64,000 nt of DNA from a virus. The position numbers were made by a program, and so were the translations under genes. Below the pieces are notes generated by a model. It was not told the DNA's origin and ran no database searches. It was given only the letters and a program-made list of their open reading frames with translations. The stretch is from positions 32,001 through 96,000 of the IMG/VR virus record IMGVR_UViG_3300028044_000003. One strand, 5' to 3'. Shown piece after piece: positions 25,222-35,900 of this stretch (within the stretch, counting starts at the first letter, position 1; every line of letters begins with the position of its first letter).

Positions 25222-26172
25222 ATGCTTAGGACAACACAATTAGATATTCCGTCTCAATGGATTTTTAAGCATTTTTTAAATTTAGATGTTGATTTAGTTG
25301 GTCAAAGTATAACTATCAAATCTCCTTTTAATCTAAATGATAAGAATCCTAGTTTTTATTTAAAATACAATGATAATTTCCAGCAATACTTTTTTATAGA
25401 TTACAATCGTAAAGTAGAAGGTAATGCCGAGACTTTTATAAAATTACTATTTAACGTATCCATTAACGAAGCTAATTCTATTATTAGAGAAGCATATAAT
25501 AAAAGCGATGATACTAAAGTATATAATTGCGAGACTCAAATAGAATCTCGTAAAACCAAAATCATTGATTACAAACTTGGTTATTGGACAAATAAAAATT
25601 ATAATTTTTGGTTAAAGTTTGGTATAAATAAATTTATCCTGGATTATTATAACGTTAAACCTCTTAGTGAATTTATCATTCAAAGTATAAATGGTGTTTT
25701 TACTATAAAAAGAGAAATTTTATATGGTTATTTTGATAAATATGGTATGTTGTATAAGATATATATCCCGGATTCTGATTTTAAATTTTATGCCGTACAA
25801 GATTTTATTAGCGGTACTTGTCAATTAACTTATAAAACAGACTATTTACTCATTATGTCATCATTAAAAGATATGATGTCTTTTAAAAGTCTGAATATAG
25901 GTAATATAGAGTATGTAGCTCCTAACTCTGAGACTAGTTTTATACATCTAGGTCATATAAATGCTTATAAAGTACACTATAAAAAAATTGGTGTTTTGTT
26001 TGATAATGACTCGGCCGGTATAAACGGTAGTAAATCTTATAAAAACTATTATAACATTGACTATTTGAATTTACCTTTGTCAAAAGATGTATCAGATTCT
26101 GTTAAGGATTACGGGATTAAAAAAGTAAAAGAAGTAATTATACCAATCTTAATAAAACATTTTAAATCATGA
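25222..26172 (+). CDS. DnaG-type (TOPRIM) primase
   Basis: SPF..DKNPSF, SSLKD, FDNDSAG, KDVSD. Confidence 0.85.
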   Translation: MLRTTQLDIPSQWIFKHFLNLDVDLVGQSITIKSPFNLNDKNPSFYLKYNDNFQQYFFIDYNRKVEGNAETFIKLLFNVSINEANSIIREAYNKSDDTKVYNCETQIESRKTKIIDYKLGYWTNKNYNFWLKFGINKFILDYYNVKPLSEFIIQSINGVFTIKREILYGYFDKYGMLYKIYIPDSDFKFYAVQDFISGTCQLTYKTDYLLIMSSLKDMMSFKSLNIGNIEYVAPNSETSFIHLGHINAYKVHYKKIGVLFDNDSAGINGSKSYKNYYNIDYLNLPLSKDVSDSVKDYGIKKVKEVIIPILIKHFKS

Positions 26173-26627
26173 ATATAAAAGTTGTCAAATTAGAACCAGA
26201 AAATAAGCTCCCGGTAAAGATGTTTCCTAAAGCTGGTGCTTGGGATGTATGTTGTACAGAAATTATCAGGGAGTCTGATAATTATTATCGTTGTAAGTTA
26301 GGTCTTAAGATGACTCCGCCTCCAGGGTATAGAATTGTATTTGTACCTCGCAGTAGTATTACTAAAACACAATGGATATTACAAAATAGTCCCGCTACTG
26401 GTGATGAAGATTTTACTGGAGAGTACGAGTTAAGATTCAAATGTATTCCGTATACATCTACTGAATCTGCTTACAAAGGTACATCTTACGAAAAGTTTCC
26501 TTTTAAAGTAGGAGATCGTATTGCTCAGATGTATTTAGAAAAAGTTGAAGAATTTGAATTTCAAGAAGTAAATAATTTAGATGAAACAGATAGAGGAAAG
26601 GGAGGTTTTGGATCCACGGGTAACTAA
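26169..26627 (+). CDS. dut: trimeric dUTPase
   Basis: AGAWD, PRSS, DEDFTGE, GDRIAQ, RGKGGFGSTG. Confidence 0.95.
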   Translation: MNIKVVKLEPENKLPVKMFPKAGAWDVCCTEIIRESDNYYRCKLGLKMTPPPGYRIVFVPRSSITKTQWILQNSPATGDEDFTGEYELRFKCIPYTSTESAYKGTSYEKFPFKVGDRIAQMYLEKVEEFEFQEVNNLDETDRGKGGFGSTGN

Positions 26628-26790
26628 TCGTATTGAACATTCTTCTAAAACATTATCAAAACTTTCTAAATTAGGTATGAAGATGTGTTCGAATTGTAAT
26701 AATTTATGTAGTGATCAAGATTTTCGTTGTAAAAAATGTAAACTTCGTTTAAAATATGATAGTGACTTTAAACTGTGTAGTAAAATATGA
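26581..26790 (+). CDS. small zinc-ribbon protein
   Basis: CSNC...CKKC; start uncertain. Confidence 0.45.
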   Translation: MKQIEEREVLDPRVTNRIEHSSKTLSKLSKLGMKMCSNCNNLCSDQDFRCKKCKLRLKYDSDFKLCSKI

Positions 26791-27055
26791 AAACAATTTT
26801 GCGAACGTTTACCATAACGATAATTTGTTAGCTTCTGAAAACCCGGAACATGCTGTTTTAAAAGTACCTCCGTTGTTTAAAAGAATAAACAATTTATCTG
26901 AAGATAAATGTGAGGGATTAGTTATTTATTTTGAGAAGGAGGGAGAAATTGTTACACCGATTATTTTAAATAAGTGTTACATATCTGTCGAAACATATCT
27001 TTTTAAAAATACTTTTGTACATTATAAATCGCAAACGGACGATTATCCGTTATAA
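26756..27055 (+). CDS. hypothetical protein
   Basis: 99-aa ORF. Confidence 0.65.
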   Translation: MIVTLNCVVKYENNFANVYHNDNLLASENPEHAVLKVPPLFKRINNLSEDKCEGLVIYFEKEGEIVTPIILNKCYISVETYLFKNTFVHYKSQTDDYPL

Positions 27056-27058
27056 CTT

Positions 27059-27565
27059 ATGATTTCTATAGGAATTGATATAGGTAAAAAAGGAGGAATC
27101 TTTATTCAAAACGATAAAGGTGATAAAGAATCTTATAAGATGCCAATGGTAAAAGATCAGTTAGATATTTCAGGTATTTACAAAATTCTTTCTGGCTACG
27201 AAGGTATGAGAGGTATTGTAGTTTTTGAAAAACTAGCTCCTATTTTTGGATCTTCTAAAACCACGGCTTTTAGTATGGGATTTCAAGCCGGTATTATTGA
27301 AGCTTTATGTGTAAGCTTGGCTATTCGTTATCATATCGTACCACCTAAAGCTTGGCAAAAACAAATGTTTGAAGGGGTTGATGAAATAATCAAAACCGTT
27401 AAAGGTGTTAAAAAGAGAGATACTAAATCTATGGCTTTAATTGCTGTAAAAAGACGTCATCCTGACGTTGTACTTAAATTTTCAAACAAAGTCACAAAAG
27501 ATCACGATGGTCTTGTTGACGCTATACTTCTAAGCGATTATGGAAAACTCATCTACAAAGATTGA
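27059..27565 (+). CDS. RuvC-like Holliday junction resolvase
   Basis: IGIDIGKKGG, VFEK, PKAWQK, DGLVDAILL. Confidence 0.85.
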   Translation: MISIGIDIGKKGGIFIQNDKGDKESYKMPMVKDQLDISGIYKILSGYEGMRGIVVFEKLAPIFGSSKTTAFSMGFQAGIIEALCVSLAIRYHIVPPKAWQKQMFEGVDEIIKTVKGVKKRDTKSMALIAVKRRHPDVVLKFSNKVTKDHDGLVDAILLSDYGKLIYKD

Positions 27566-27992
27566 GTTTATTTCTATCGAACAGTACTATACTTTATTAA
27601 ACATGCTTAACTCTCCTGACAAAGAAAATGTTACTTTGGCTCTGGGTGTTATTGATAGATTCGATTATGCTAAAAACATGATCCCTATGACTATGTTATT
27701 TAAGTATAGTAAAGTACCAGTTAATGAATGGAAAGTTTTAACTAACGGATTTTATCAGTATGTAGTTGATAAACAATTAATTAGTAGAAATTTTTCTTAT
27801 ACGCTTACTAAAAAACTTTATGATTTAATAGGTATAAAAAATCTAGAACATGAAGAAATTTTAGTTAAAGCTGCATTATCGGGTATTTATTCACTTATTG
27901 ATAGTTTTAAATTCGGTCAGTTAAAAAATATTATTGTCGAATACGAAGACAAATCTATTTTATTAAATAAAGAATTTGACAACAATGGATAA
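27540..27992 (+). CDS. helical protein of the MoxR/vWA locus
   Basis: shares Y..L.NM.NS.D..N..LA motif with 30766..31896. Confidence 0.7.
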   Translation: MENSSTKIEFISIEQYYTLLNMLNSPDKENVTLALGVIDRFDYAKNMIPMTMLFKYSKVPVNEWKVLTNGFYQYVVDKQLISRNFSYTLTKKLYDLIGIKNLEHEEILVKAALSGIYSLIDSFKFGQLKNIIVEYEDKSILLNKEFDNNG

Positions 27993-29184
27993 AAAAACAG
28001 AATCTTTAGCAAAAGTTTGTAAAGAGTTAATGTTAAAAGAACCTTTCTATGGATTGTTTCTTATAATGTTAAATAAATCATGGTCTAAAAAAGTACCTAC
28101 TGCTGCAGTAAGTATTAATGATATAAATTACCGTTTAGAAATAAACGAAGAGTTTTGGGAAAAGTGTAATCCTTTACAAAAAATGGGATTGCTTAAACAC
28201 GAGCTTTTACACATTGGTTTTTTCCATCTTACTAATTTTAACCATCTCTCTGATCAACGTATTCTCAATCTTGCTATGGATTGTGAGATTAACCAATACA
28301 TTGATAGAGATTGGTTACCAGGAAATCCTGTATTACCGGAGTGTTTTCCAGACTTAAATCTCGATCCGAAAGAAGGTACTATTTCTTACTATGAGAAAAT
28401 GATAACCGCTGCTAAGAATAATTCTTGTCCGAATTTAAAAGCTGCGTTAGAAGGTCAAGGTCAAGGTACTATACAAATAACTATGGCTGGTAATGAACCT
28501 GGAGAAATGGATATTCCGGAACACGACTGGGAAAAAGTAGAATTAGACGAGGCTACCCAAAAACTTATTGAAAAACAAACAGGTCATATACTAAACGAGT
28601 TAGCTGATCAGGTTAAAAAGTCTAGAGGTACTATTCCTGGCGAATTTCAAAGTATTTTGGATAAGATTAATTATACCGAACCGCCTAAGTTTGATTGGAA
28701 AGGGTTTCTAAGAAGATTTTCGGGAGCTTCAGTAAAAATTTATACAAAAAAGTCTCGTAGAAAACTTAGTAAACGATACGAAGAAAACCCTGGATTAAAA
28801 ATTAAACAAAAGAAACACGTTCTTGTAGCTGTAGATACTTCAGGTTCTGTAAGTAATGGTGAGTTGATTGAATTTTTTCAAGAAATAAACCATATTCACA
28901 AAACAGGAACTGATATTACTGTAGTACAGGCCGATGCTGATATAAAAGATATTAGTCCTTTTGATCCTAAAAAAGAAATAAAATTATTCGGTAGAGGAGG
29001 TACAAGTTTTGACCCGGTAGTAGAATACTATTCAGAAAACGTTCATAAGTATACGTGTCTGATTTATCTTACTGACGGTGAAGCACCAGCCCCAGAATAC
29101 AGTAGAGGAAGAATGTTATGGGTTCATTCTTCTAATTCATCTATTAATGAATCATTACCCGGAATAAAAATACAATTAAATTAG
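27985..29184 (+). CDS. DUF2201-type metallopeptidase-like plus vWA protein
   Basis: HELLH; DTSGS; GRGGTSF; YLTDG. Confidence 0.85.
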   Translation: MDKKTESLAKVCKELMLKEPFYGLFLIMLNKSWSKKVPTAAVSINDINYRLEINEEFWEKCNPLQKMGLLKHELLHIGFFHLTNFNHLSDQRILNLAMDCEINQYIDRDWLPGNPVLPECFPDLNLDPKEGTISYYEKMITAAKNNSCPNLKAALEGQGQGTIQITMAGNEPGEMDIPEHDWEKVELDEATQKLIEKQTGHILNELADQVKKSRGTIPGEFQSILDKINYTEPPKFDWKGFLRRFSGASVKIYTKKSRRKLSKRYEENPGLKIKQKKHVLVAVDTSGSVSNGELIEFFQEINHIHKTGTDITVVQADADIKDISPFDPKKEIKLFGRGGTSFDPVVEYYSENVHKYTCLIYLTDGEAPAPEYSRGRMLWVHSSNSSINESLPGIKIQLN

Positions 29185-29185
29185 T

Positions 29186-30733
29186 ATGTCTAAAAAACAA
29201 GTACATCTTAACAGTAATGAACTAAAAGGGTTTCTTACTCACATGATTACAAACAACAGATTTCTTGAAGTTAATAACAAGAAAAAAGTAGCCGTAGAAA
29301 TTATGGGCGAATCTGGTTTAGGTAAAACTAGCGTAGCATTACAGCTTGCTAATGAATTAAATTTGAATTTTGTAAAGTTGAACTTATCTCAGATTGAAGA
29401 GTTAGGTGACCTTGTTGGTTTCCCAATAAGACAATTTGAGTTATGTAAGTACGAAGAAACTGTAGATAGAGCTTTACCGGTAACTGAAACGGTAACTAAA
29501 ACTGTACAAATACCTGTTATTAAAACAGTTAAAAAGTTTGTTCCAAAAATAGTTACTAAAACCGGAGAAAGATTAGAATTAGTTACAGAAACAGTGATGG
29601 AATCTAAAACAGTTAAAAAACAGGTTTTAGAGAATGGTCGTATGACAATGAAAGAAGTAACTACACAAGTTCCGGTGACTAAAGAAGTAGAGAAAATGGT
29701 ACCTTACGAGTATACTGAAGAAGAACACGTTGAAATAGAAGTTGAAGAAACTGTAATGATAGATGATGTTGTTACTGAATCGGTAACTCTTGGAACACAG
29801 TTTATACAACCAACTTATTCAGGATGTATTTGGGTTGATGAACAAGCTACGGAAGAGTATCTTAAAAGAGGTTATAATTTTACCGGCAACAAACGTATGT
29901 CTTACTGTCCACCAGAATGGATTGCAAACAAAGAAGGTGGTGGTATATTAATCATTGATGATTATAACAGAGCGGATCTTAGATTCTTACAAGCAATAAT
30001 GGAATTGGTAGACCGTGGTGAGTATATTTCTTGGAAATTACCTTCTGACTGGCATATTATCCTTACAGCTAACCCGGATAACGGTAACTATTTAGTTAAC
30101 GCTATGGATAACGCTCAAACAACTCGTTTTGTAAGCGTTAACTTAAAGTGGGATTCTGATTGTTGGGCTCAGTGGGCTGAGAAAGATGGTGTTGATACAA
30201 GATGTATAAACTTTGTGTTGTTACATCCGGATATGATCCAAGGAGATGTTAACCCAAGAAGTGTTACAAACTTCTTTAACTGTATTAGTTCTTTGGAAGA
30301 TTTCTCTAAGGAATTACCTTTGGTTCAAATGATTGGTGAAGGTTCGGCCGGTTCAGAATTTACTACAATGTTTACGATGTTTATCAATAATAACCTTGAT
30401 AAGATTGTAAATCCTAAAGAAATCTTATTTGACGATAATGAAGGTAATGTGATAAAGAAAATGAGAGATTCTTTTGGTAGAGGTGTAAACTATCGCGCAG
30501 ATATCGCTTCAGTAGTAACTGCTCGTCTTATTAACTACACTCTTTATTACGCTGAGTCTAATTCTATTACGCAACCTCAGATAAATCGTTTGATAAGAGT
30601 TTGTACAGAGAGAGAAGAGTTCTTAAGCGCAGATCTTCAGTATGTAATTGTTAAAAAGTTACTAGCTGGAAACAAGCAAAAATTTCAGAAACTTTTAGTT
30701 AACCCGGAAGTTATTACAATGGCTTCTAAATAA
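29186..30733 (+). CDS. MoxR-like AAA+ ATPase with long beta-rich insertion
   Basis: GESGLGKT, GDLVGFP, IIDDYNRA, TANP, NPRS. Confidence 0.85.
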   Translation: MSKKQVHLNSNELKGFLTHMITNNRFLEVNNKKKVAVEIMGESGLGKTSVALQLANELNLNFVKLNLSQIEELGDLVGFPIRQFELCKYEETVDRALPVTETVTKTVQIPVIKTVKKFVPKIVTKTGERLELVTETVMESKTVKKQVLENGRMTMKEVTTQVPVTKEVEKMVPYEYTEEEHVEIEVEETVMIDDVVTESVTLGTQFIQPTYSGCIWVDEQATEEYLKRGYNFTGNKRMSYCPPEWIANKEGGGILIIDDYNRADLRFLQAIMELVDRGEYISWKLPSDWHIILTANPDNGNYLVNAMDNAQTTRFVSVNLKWDSDCWAQWAEKDGVDTRCINFVLLHPDMIQGDVNPRSVTNFFNCISSLEDFSKELPLVQMIGEGSAGSEFTTMFTMFINNNLDKIVNPKEILFDDNEGNVIKKMRDSFGRGVNYRADIASVVTARLINYTLYYAESNSITQPQINRLIRVCTEREEFLSADLQYVIVKKLLAGNKQKFQKLLVNPEVITMASK

Positions 30734-30739
30734 AATTAA

Positions 30740-30765
30740 GGGAGGGAAACCTCCCGCTTTTATTT
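30740..30765 (+). terminator. intrinsic terminator
   Basis: GGGAGG-GAAA-CCTCCC plus T-rich tail. Confidence 0.7.
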
Positions 30766-31896
30766 ATGATTAAAAAAGAAAAGATTTTTTATATCCTTAA
30801 TAAAAATGATAATACATTTTCTACTAGTACATTGAGTTATATTTCTGACCTGAGTTGCGATATGGTAGATAACTATTCTATTCAAAAAAATGATAGAATA
30901 TTTTTCTTACCTGGCTGCACAGTACCTAGATTTAAAATAAGAAATGTACTTAAAGATAATGATGCGTCAATATCTAGAACTTTAGATGGTTCTAATGTAG
31001 TAATTATGTCTAACGATACTTTTAAAAATCTATTTAAAACTATACTCTTACGTAGAGTATTTAAAGATAATTTTATACAATTTGTTTTAGCTAATCCTCA
31101 AAAGATTCAAAACGGTAATGAAATTATTGATAGACTTAATCAATTTGAATTAGAAAATGGTGATACACGGTATGTTTATTTACATCGTAGTAATTATTAT
31201 TCGTTTGTTAGACAAGGTATTTATAATAAACCTCTTGAAGACGAGTGTCCTAGTTTTAATCAAATAAAAAACTTACACGAAAACGATGATGATTTTGATG
31301 AAAATCAACATCCGGATAATCCATGTGCTAGTGTAGATTTATTGTTTACTCAAGATGATTATGACATTGAAGTTTTAGCTGATAAGCTTTATTCTAATTC
31401 TCATAACTATTCTATAGTAGATCAAGATGATCTTTTAAAAATTATTAATTGTAACAGTACTTTTATTGATGAAGCTAAGTATGAAGAGTTAAGAAACATG
31501 TGTAATAGTTCTGACAACTCAAACATGATTTTAGCTATGGAAATTATGAGTAATTGTGATTACGATGATTCTTATGTTTATTTAATATTACTGTTAGCTG
31601 AATATCATAAATCATTTTATACGGTTAAAGAACGAAATCACGTAAACTTTAAAAGTATGTTAGAGTATCTAGGTTTTAAACCTACGGATTTATCTCAACT
31701 GGGATTTAGTAGTTTTATAGAAGGTATGAAAACTAAAGGTAAGTTTACAAAAACTAATTGTGACTTATTATTAAATCGTTTAATTAAGCATTGTACCTCT
31801 TATAGCGGTAGGGACTATGTAGTCATTTCGAGCGATTATACAGATGTATTAATTTTACCAAAAGAAGAATGTTTAGACCCAGAATCTAATGACTAA
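30766..31896 (+). CDS. hypothetical protein of the MoxR/vWA locus
   Basis: 376-aa ORF. Confidence 0.75.
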   Translation: MIKKEKIFYILNKNDNTFSTSTLSYISDLSCDMVDNYSIQKNDRIFFLPGCTVPRFKIRNVLKDNDASISRTLDGSNVVIMSNDTFKNLFKTILLRRVFKDNFIQFVLANPQKIQNGNEIIDRLNQFELENGDTRYVYLHRSNYYSFVRQGIYNKPLEDECPSFNQIKNLHENDDDFDENQHPDNPCASVDLLFTQDDYDIEVLADKLYSNSHNYSIVDQDDLLKIINCNSTFIDEAKYEELRNMCNSSDNSNMILAMEIMSNCDYDDSYVYLILLLAEYHKSFYTVKERNHVNFKSMLEYLGFKPTDLSQLGFSSFIEGMKTKGKFTKTNCDLLLNRLIKHCTSYSGRDYVVISSDYTDVLILPKEECLDPESND

Positions 31897-32926
31897 TCAA
31901 ATCGATGTTAACGTTCTTGAAAATGAGTTTAAGAACACCCCTTTATTTCTTAGTTATTCTTCTCTTAGCAAACTTCACTATTCTCCTAAACTTTATTACA
32001 AACATTATGTACTAAAAGAAAAAGAAGAAGATGAAGAGCGTTATACGGAAGGAAAGCTCATACACTCATTACTCCTGGATAACGGGAGTTTTGATGAAAA
32101 GTTTTTACTATCTCCGGGCACTTTACCTGGTGATAATAATAAACTGATAATTGATAATATTTATAAAATACACTTGGAAGTTAATGATGGTAGAACTTTG
32201 TTGTCTGATTACTTTAATGAGATTCTTGTTTTACTATTATCAATGAATTTACACCAATCTCTTGTAGACGATAAAAAACCAGTTAACGGTGTATCACGTA
32301 CAGGTGATCAAAAACGACTTGAAAAAATACTTACTACACAGAATGAAGAGTACTTTGAACACTTAAAAGTTAAAAAAGATAGACACATAATTGATGCCGA
32401 AACTTTAGATAGATGCGCTAAAATTGTAGATATACTTAAGACCGAATCAAGAACTAAGGATTTATTAAAGTTGGATAATTATGATGATAATATTCAAGTG
32501 TTTAATGAGAAAGAAATAAAAATATCTCAAGAAGGATTACCATTTGGTTTTAGAGGGTTCTTAGATAATTATACTGTTGATTATGGTAAAAAGATGGTTA
32601 TTGTTAACGATCTCAAAACAACTAGTAAATCAATAGTTTATTTTGTAGAAACGATTGAAATCTATAACTACTGGATTCAGGCCGCGATATATAAAAAGCT
32701 TATTCAACACGAGTTAAAAGATATTCTTACTAAAGAATGGACAATTTCTTTTAATTTTATCGTTGTAGATAAATTCGAACAAGTATATTCTTTTCCTGTT
32801 TCGGACGAAACTATGACTCTCTGGGAGGAGAGATTAGACGATATTATTAAAAAAGCTTCGTGGCACATAGAAAATATGTATTTTAAATTACCATACGACT
32901 ATGCCCATGACCTTGTAATTCTTTAA
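31889..32926 (+). CDS. PD-(D/E)XK exonuclease (RecE/Cas4-like)
   Basis: LSYSSL, GKLIH, FRGFLD...DLKTT, QAAIY. Confidence 0.85.
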   Translation: MTNQIDVNVLENEFKNTPLFLSYSSLSKLHYSPKLYYKHYVLKEKEEDEERYTEGKLIHSLLLDNGSFDEKFLLSPGTLPGDNNKLIIDNIYKIHLEVNDGRTLLSDYFNEILVLLLSMNLHQSLVDDKKPVNGVSRTGDQKRLEKILTTQNEEYFEHLKVKKDRHIIDAETLDRCAKIVDILKTESRTKDLLKLDNYDDNIQVFNEKEIKISQEGLPFGFRGFLDNYTVDYGKKMVIVNDLKTTSKSIVYFVETIEIYNYWIQAAIYKKLIQHELKDILTKEWTISFNFIVVDKFEQVYSFPVSDETMTLWEERLDDIIKKASWHIENMYFKLPYDYAHDLVIL

Positions 32927-32927
32927 C

Positions 32928-33515
32928 ATGAAGAGTAACTTTTCTTTGTATAGAAATTATTCCCAGAAAAGTAGGATATTTTTATATCCTGCTCTGGGGA
33001 TAAAAAGAAGTAGTAGTGTAAAACCTATTCAAACTTATATTACTATTGAAGGAAGATACGGTTTGGAAGATTACTGTTTAACAGCAACTTTTCAAATCAG
33101 AACGGATGACGAATATAAACTATTTATAAAAAATGTTTTGAAAGGTAATAAATATTTTAAGGAAGCTTTTGAAATAACTAACGAAGAAAAGATTATAATT
33201 GTATTTAATTTAATAGATTTTAAAAAAGATTGGGATAGTTTTATATTAGGTAAGTATTCTAAACTTTCGGTTTATCAGAAAAATAATATCTTAAGTTTTT
33301 ATAAAACTAACCCCAATAGTTTAGCTTACATTGAAAGTTATTTGTACCCTTACAAGTATAATCGATTGTACGCAGATGCTTTGAGTTCTTCCGAACAGGA
33401 GGCCGATAAGATGTACATATTGTTGAAACAAGTTGGAGAATTATGCTCTAAACCTGATTTAGAAAAAGAAAATTTAGTGGTAGATGTATCAAAATTAGTT
33501 TTAGTAGAAAAATAA
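32928..33515 (+). CDS. hypothetical protein
   Basis: 195-aa ORF. Confidence 0.75.
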   Translation: MKSNFSLYRNYSQKSRIFLYPALGIKRSSSVKPIQTYITIEGRYGLEDYCLTATFQIRTDDEYKLFIKNVLKGNKYFKEAFEITNEEKIIIVFNLIDFKKDWDSFILGKYSKLSVYQKNNILSFYKTNPNSLAYIESYLYPYKYNRLYADALSSSEQEADKMYILLKQVGELCSKPDLEKENLVVDVSKLVLVEK

Positions 33516-33546
33516 TTCTTAACTTGCGCTTATTAAAACCAACACT

Positions 33547-33969
33547 ATGAGTCAAAACATGTTATTAATCTCATCTGTCTGGGAAAGAACTCCAGAGATG
33601 AAACTTCCAACTTTTAAATTAATCCCTTCATCGCTTGATTGTCCTTATACGGAAGCGATTTTTGATCCTTTTTCCGGATACTTGGTTGTTTTGGATAAAA
33701 ACAAAAAAACCTCTTTCCAAATGGTCCCTCGTTTAGATGAAAACGGTGATCGTATGGTTAACAAAAAAGACAATTCGGTAAAACAAGAAAGACGTCTTGT
33801 AGATATCTTTAATGATCATATTATGTATAACCCTGAAGAAATCGAAAATTTCATCGAAAGATTTGCGGTTAACACTCATAATTTTGATTATAAGAAATAC
33901 TTCAAAATGTCTGAAGATCTTAACAAACAAGCTTTACAAGAAGAAAAAGTAGCTGAAACAGTAGAATAA
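33547..33969 (+). CDS. hypothetical protein
   Basis: 140-aa ORF coupled to the polymerase. Confidence 0.75.
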   Translation: MSQNMLLISSVWERTPEMKLPTFKLIPSSLDCPYTEAIFDPFSGYLVVLDKNKKTSFQMVPRLDENGDRMVNKKDNSVKQERRLVDIFNDHIMYNPEEIENFIERFAVNTHNFDYKKYFKMSEDLNKQALQEEKVAETVE

Positions 33970-35900
33970 TGGATTTCGTTTATGACTACGAAACCCTTTC
34001 AAATTGTTTTGTTGGGGTTTTTATTGATGTCAGATCGGATGAAAAAAAAGTTTTTGTGGTCCACGAACTAAGAAATGATTTTCAAAAGTTCGTGGATTTT
34101 TTATCAGAAGCTGTTAAATCCAAGACTTGGCAAATTTCTTTTAATGGTTTAAATTTTGATGCTCAAATCACTGAGAAGGTCTTGAAAGAAAAAGATATTC
34201 TTTCAAATAAATCTTCTGATGAAATAGCTCGTTATCTCTACGAATACGCACAGTCAATTATTGACCGTTCTAGAAACAAAATGTTTCAAGAGTTTTACGA
34301 AAGTAAAATGAAAATTCGTCAGCTAGATGTATTTAAACTTAACCACTGGGATAACACTAATAAATTTACATCTTTAAAAGAATTACAATTCGCTACTGAT
34401 TGGCATAACTTACAAAGTATGCCTATACACCATACTCAAGAGGTAACTACTCTTGATGAAATTAATACTATAATTGAATATTGTGTTAACGATGTTATTA
34501 CTACAAAAAAAGTATTGTATTTATCAAAACCTTTGTTGGAAGTAAGGAAACAAGTTAAAAGTAAATATGGATTACCTTGTGATAACTATTCAAATACTAA
34601 ACTAGGTAGTGAGTTATTACTTAAACTTTATTGCCAGGCTACTGGTAAAGATTCTTACGAAGTTAGACAGTATCGTACTAATCGTCCTGAAATTCCTATT
34701 AAAGATATTTTGTTTGACTATATCAGTTTTAAAACAGATGACTTAAAGCAATTTCATGAGTCGCTTAAGACGAAAATTATTAGAAATACTAAGAATGATT
34801 TTACTTACAAGAAAACTTTTAAAGATTATGTTTTTCACTATGGTTCTGGGGGTATACACCAGTGTATTGAACCAGGAATATATCGCGCGGATGAAGGTTA
34901 TATCATAAAAGATCTTGATGTAGCTTCTCTATATCCGAGTATCGCGTGTATGAACGAAATGTATCCGGCCCATCTAGGAAAAGAATTTTTTACTGTATAT
35001 AAAGAAGGTATTGTTGACGTGAGACTTGCTGAGAAACGCAAAGGTAAAGACGGAGATAGAGCTATTATCGAGGGCTTTAAGGAAGCAGCCAACGCATCTT
35101 ACGGTAACAGTAACAGTATTTATTCCTGGTTATATGATCCTCAGTATACAATGCAAACTACTATTAACGGTCAGTTGTTAATAACGATGTTAGTAGAAGA
35201 TCTTATTGTAAATATACCGGACTCACAGCTTCTACAAACTAATACAGATGGTGCCACTCTTCGTATTCCAAAAGATAAAGAAGATGTTTATTATTCTGTT
35301 TGTAAAAAGTGGGAAGAAGTAACCAAACTTTCTCTAGAGTTTGCTGATTATAAAGAGATGTTTATATGGGATGTAAATAACTACATTGCTGTATATACAG
35401 ATCCTAGCAAGTCTCCAAAATGTAAAGGTAGGTTTGAGTGGGAAGACCAGGAAAAATATAAGTATACACATCTTCATAAGAACAAGAGTCATTTAATTAT
35501 TCCGAAAACGATTTTTAACTTTCTAATACACAAAACTCCTATTGAAGATTATATTCGTAACTATCGAAATATCTATCATTTTTGTGCTTTTGTAAAGGCG
35601 CCACACGGTTGGGAGTTTAAAAAACTATCAACTATTAACGGTGATTACGTAGAAAAAAACATTCAGAAAGATGTTAGATATTATGTATCCGTTAAAGGGT
35701 CTAAAATACTAAAGTGTAATATAAACGATGGTAGAAAAATCCAGGTAGAAGCTGGTAAGTGGATGCAGACGGAGTTTAATTTATACAAAGAAAAACCGTG
35801 GGAAGAATACAATATTGATTATAAGTATTATATCGAAGCTGTTTATAATGAATTAGAAACATTAATTCCAAAAAGTAATAACCAAATAAGTTTATTTTAA
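33969..35900 (+). CDS. polB: family B DNA polymerase
   Basis: exonuclease DYE, FNGLNFD, YCVND; polymerase DVASLYPS, KEAANASYG, NTDG. Confidence 0.92.
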   Translation: MDFVYDYETLSNCFVGVFIDVRSDEKKVFVVHELRNDFQKFVDFLSEAVKSKTWQISFNGLNFDAQITEKVLKEKDILSNKSSDEIARYLYEYAQSIIDRSRNKMFQEFYESKMKIRQLDVFKLNHWDNTNKFTSLKELQFATDWHNLQSMPIHHTQEVTTLDEINTIIEYCVNDVITTKKVLYLSKPLLEVRKQVKSKYGLPCDNYSNTKLGSELLLKLYCQATGKDSYEVRQYRTNRPEIPIKDILFDYISFKTDDLKQFHESLKTKIIRNTKNDFTYKKTFKDYVFHYGSGGIHQCIEPGIYRADEGYIIKDLDVASLYPSIACMNEMYPAHLGKEFFTVYKEGIVDVRLAEKRKGKDGDRAIIEGFKEAANASYGNSNSIYSWLYDPQYTMQTTINGQLLITMLVEDLIVNIPDSQLLQTNTDGATLRIPKDKEDVYYSVCKKWEEVTKLSLEFADYKEMFIWDVNNYIAVYTDPSKSPKCKGRFEWEDQEKYKYTHLHKNKSHLIIPKTIFNFLIHKTPIEDYIRNYRNIYHFCAFVKAPHGWEFKKLSTINGDYVEKNIQKDVRYYVSVKGSKILKCNINDGRKIQVEAGKWMQTEFNLYKEKPWEEYNIDYKYYIEAVYNELETLIPKSNNQISLF

